A DNA stretch of 64,000 nt, taken from positions 3,488,001-3,552,000 of the forward strand of contig OY762897.2 in the NCBI GenBank assembly GCA_963666515.2, given 5' to 3'. Positions 59,581-64,000 of the stretch are shown here, one piece after another. The stretch comes from Candidatus Binatia bacterium (lineage in GTDB: Bacteria > Desulfobacterota > Binatia > UBA9968 > JAJDTQ01). The position numbers and the translations under genes are program-made. Positions within the stretch are counted from its first letter, which is position 1. Each line of letters begins with the position of its first letter. The notes under the pieces are model-generated. The model saw nothing but the letters and a program-made list of their open reading frames with translations, was not told the origin of the DNA and searched no databases.

Positions 59581-60902
59581 CAACGGTCCCTCGTGCGCGG
59601 GTCGATGCGGCGGCGGATTTCCTCCACCAGCCGGTCCACCGGAATCCTCACCTGGGTCATGGCGTCGCGGTCGCGCAGGGTCACGGTCTGGTCCGTCATG
59701 GTCTCGTGGTCCACGGTGACGCCGAAGGGGGTGCCGATCTCGTCCTGACGCCGGTAGCGCCGGCCGATGGAGCCGGCCTGGTCGTAGACCACGGGGAAGT
59801 GCTCCTTCAGGATGTCGCGGATCTCCTGGGCCCGTTCCGGCTGTCCGTCCTTCCTGAGCAGCGGGTAGACGCCGGCCTTGAACGGCGCCAGGCGCGGGTC
59901 GAGCCGCAGCACGGCCCGGCGCTCGCCCGCCACCTCCTCCTCGTCGTAGGCGTCCACCAGGAACGCCAGCAGCGGCCGGTCCACGCCCGCGGAGGGCTCG
60001 ATGACGTAGGGGACGTAGCGGCTGCGGGTGACCTCGTCGAAGTACGTCATGTCCTTGCCGCTGTACTCCATGTGCTGCTTCAGGTCGAAGTCGCTGCGGT
60101 TGGCGATGCCTTCCAGCTCCGACCAGCCGAAGGGGAACTCGTACTCCACGTCCACGCAGGCCTTGGCGTAGTGGGCCAGCTCGTCGCTGCCGTGGGGGCG
60201 GAGGCGCAGGTTTTCGGCGCGGATGCCGTTGTCCACGTACCACTGCATGCGCGCATCCTGCCAGGACTGGAACGCCTCTTCGTCCTCGCCCGGCTTGACG
60301 AAGTACTCGATCTCCATCTGCTCGAACTCGCGGGTGCGGAAGATGAAGTTGCCCGGGGTGATCTCGTTGCGGAAGCTCTTGCCGATCTGGGCGATGCCGA
60401 AGGGGATCTTCTGGCGCGCGGTGTCGAGGACGTTGGTGAAGTTGACGAAGATGCCCTGGGCGGTCTCGGGCCGCAGGAACACCGTGCTGGCGGTGTCCTC
60501 CACCGGCCCCATGAAGGTCTTGAACATGAGGTTGAACTGCCGCGCCCCGGTGACCTCGCCGCCGCAGTCCGGGCACTTGCCCGCTTCCTCCAGGAAATCC
60601 TCGCGGAAACGGTGGTGGCACACCTTGCACTCCACCAGCGGGTCGGAAAAGCCGGCCACGTGGCCCGACGCCTCCCACACCCGCGGGTGCATCAGGATCG
60701 AGGCGTCCAGGCCCACGGTGTCGTTGCGTCCGGTCACCACCGCCTTCCACCACGCCTCCTTGACGTTGCGCTTCAGCTCCACGCCCACGGGCCCGTAGTC
60801 CCAGGTGCTGCCGATCCCTCCGTAAATCTCGCTGGACGGAAAGATGAACCCTCTCCGCTTGCAGAGGTTGACGACCTTCTCCATCGTCGCGTGTTGGTTC
60901 AT
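59580..60902 (-). CDS. glyQS: Glycine--tRNA ligase, alpha2 homodimeric type
   Basis: [57 protein letters not shown]. Confidence 0.96.
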
Positions 60903-60961
60903 GGGTGCTGTGGTTCTCCTGTCTGTCGGAATACGCGTCCTTCGACTACTCGGCCGGATTC

Positions 60962-61735
60962 TTAGCGGAACGAACCGTCCAGGAACGCTACGGACTTGAG
61001 CTTCTTACTAATCTGGTACTGGATAAACAAGGGCAGGATGTCGCGGGCCTCCCTGAGGGCCGGCCCGGAGAAGGCCGGCGTCTCCCCGTCCACCCAGCCG
61101 CGCCGCTGAAAGTAGACCAGGACGCCCAGCCCCTCGGACGAAAGGGGCACCGCCTCCTTGCGAAAGCCGTAACAGTTCCGGCACAGCACGCCGCCGTCCC
61201 GCGGACTGAACCCCCAACGGCCGTTGCCGTTCGCGTGACCGGACGCGGGCGTGGCCCCGCAACGCTGGCAGTGCTCCAGGGTGGGCTGAAACCCGGCCAG
61301 CCGCAACAGCGTCAACTCGAACGCCGTGAGGAACTCCGTCGAGGCCTCGTTCCTTTCCAGGAACCGCAACCCGTCAAGCAGGTGGTCGAACAGCGACAGG
61401 CTGTCGTCGCCGTCCCGCGTCAGCTCATCGGTGATCTCAACGAGGTAGGAGGCATGCGCGATCTTGGCCAGGGTCCGGGTGATTTCCCGGAACACGTACA
61501 CCCAGTCGCAGGCGTGGACGAAGGCCAGCGCGCTGTTGGAACGCTGATGGAAACGCAACTGGACGAGCGTGAAAGGCTCCAGGACGTTCAGGAACCGCTT
61601 GCGGGAGCGCTTGGCCCCCTTGGCGATGCCCCTGATCTTGCCGAAATCCCGCGTCAGAAAAGAGACGATCTTGTCCGATTCGCCGTAGGCCCAGGATCGC
61701 AGCACGATGGCCGGGCTCGACCGTATCGCCGGCAC
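60962..61735 (-). CDS. recO: DNA repair protein RecO
   Basis: [29 protein letters not shown]...CRNC. Confidence 0.93.
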   Translation of the reverse strand: MPAIRSSPAIVLRSWAYGESDKIVSFLTRDFGKIRGIAKGAKRSRKRFLNVLEPFTLVQLRFHQRSNSALAFVHACDWVYVFREITRTLAKIAHASYLVEITDELTRDGDDSLSLFDHLLDGLRFLERNEASTEFLTAFELTLLRLAGFQPTLEHCQRCGATPASGHANGNGRWGFSPRDGGVLCRNCYGFRKEAVPLSSEGLGVLVYFQRRGWVDGETPAFSGPALREARDILPLFIQYQISKKLKSVAFLDGSFR

Positions 61736-61894
61736 TCAGTACCCCCCGACATGAACGGCGTCCCCCCGGCCTGATGATCTCCCGCCCGGTCCCGCCGCGC
61801 AATCGCCGATATCCGTAACGTATACACCAAGGAGCCGCAAAAGTCGCGAGGAAACGTCGATTCCCGCACAACTTGCCGTTGTGCACCCGTCTGT

Positions 61895-61933
61895 TCCGGC
61901 TACCTTGACAAGGTGCCGGACGGTGATTAACTT
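61895..61933 (+). promoter_or_regulatory. grpE-dnaK promoter with an inverted repeat over the -35
   Basis: TTGACA (61905-61910), 17 bp, TAACTT (61928-61933); TCCGGC(T)ACCTTG-A-CAAGGTGCCGGA at 61895-61920. Confidence 0.6.
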
Positions 61934-62007
61934 CTGTCGGCCATTGCCGGGCGGGGGGCTGTTTTTCGCCCGCGACCACGGAAAGGACTCCGGAGACAGA
62001 CAGCATC

Positions 62008-62649
62008 ATGGGCGAAGAGAGCAGAGATCAGGCCGAAGCGGCAGCGGAAAGCGAAGAAACGGCCACCCCGGCCGACGCCGACCCTGCCGCCGGAGAAGCC
62101 GAGGAGCCCTCGGAGATCGAGCGGCTTGCGGCGGAGCTGGAGGCCGCGCGGGAGGAGGCGCGGCGCAACCACGACCTCTACCTGCGCGAGGCGGCCGAGA
62201 CCGAGAACTACAAGAAGCGCGTAACCCGCGAGAAACAGGACGCTATCCGGTACGCCAACGAGTCGCTGGTGCGGGATCTGCTGCCGGTGATCGACGACCT
62301 GGAGCGGGCGGCCCAGCACGCGCCGGCGGACGGCAACCCGCAGCCGTTGCTGGACGGCATCGGGCTGGTGCTCAAGGGGTGCCTGGAGGCGCTCCAGAAG
62401 CACGGGGTCACGCAGGTCACGGCCAAGGGACATCCCTTCGACCCGGAGAAGCACGAGGCGTTCGCCCAGGTGGAGACCGGCGAGCACGAGCCCAACACGG
62501 TGGTGGACGAGGTCCACCGGGGCTACTACCTGGCCGACCGGCTGCTGCGGCCGTCCCTGGTGAGCGTGGCTAAGGCCCCGACTTTACAGGAAAAAGACGG
62601 TCAGGAAAAAGATGGAACCGCGGTTGAAAACGACCGGGCCGATGATTAG
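62008..62649 (+). CDS. grpE: Nucleotide exchange factor GrpE
   Basis: AETENYKKR, LLPVIDDLERA, FDPEKHEA, GYYLADRLLRPSLVSV. Confidence 0.96.
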   Translation: MGEESRDQAEAAAESEETATPADADPAAGEAEEPSEIERLAAELEAAREEARRNHDLYLREAAETENYKKRVTREKQDAIRYANESLVRDLLPVIDDLERAAQHAPADGNPQPLLDGIGLVLKGCLEALQKHGVTQVTAKGHPFDPEKHEAFAQVETGEHEPNTVVDEVHRGYYLADRLLRPSLVSVAKAPTLQEKDGQEKDGTAVENDRADD

Positions 62650-62691
62650 ATTCACACCGGGACCGCAGTTGAAGGACAAGGAGACGTAGAG

Positions 62692-64000
<1,309 letters not shown>

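Overview
High-GC bacterial chromosomal segment; gene content looks deltaproteobacterial/Binatia-like, but that assignment is inference only. From left to right it holds: a type III restriction-modification pair (mod plus the start of res); apaG; several hydrolases and oxidoreductases; three consecutive amino-acid ABC importers (aapJQMP and two liv sets); sthA; a UbiD-family decarboxylase; an acyl-CoA carboxyltransferase; exbBD; a histone H1-like protein; ccdA; two toxin-antitoxin modules; tctCAB; acyl-CoA/aromatic catabolic genes; a type IV pilus cluster; ppdK-glyQS-recO; and grpE-dnaK. Three things stand out. (1) A ~1.87-kb CTAG-bounded element without terminal inverted repeats. It encodes a 535-aa protein with no recognisable DDE or HUH motif (possible Rep_trans-like Tyr motif plus C-terminal winged helix), has a five-way-junction structured leader and hairpins near both ends, and may be an unclassified rolling-circle-type transposon. 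(2) A selenoprotein missed by the ORF track: a GrdB-family reductase with in-frame UGA (UxxCxxC) and a SECIS-like hairpin. It is paired with a GrdE-like gene lacking the usual processing cysteine, sits upstream of tctCAB, and has no grdA/C/D in the window. (3) At least three families of short palindromic repeats; copies of one are inserted in frame inside protein-coding genes and a copy of another supplies a stop codon. No rRNA, tRNA or CRISPR array was recognised.
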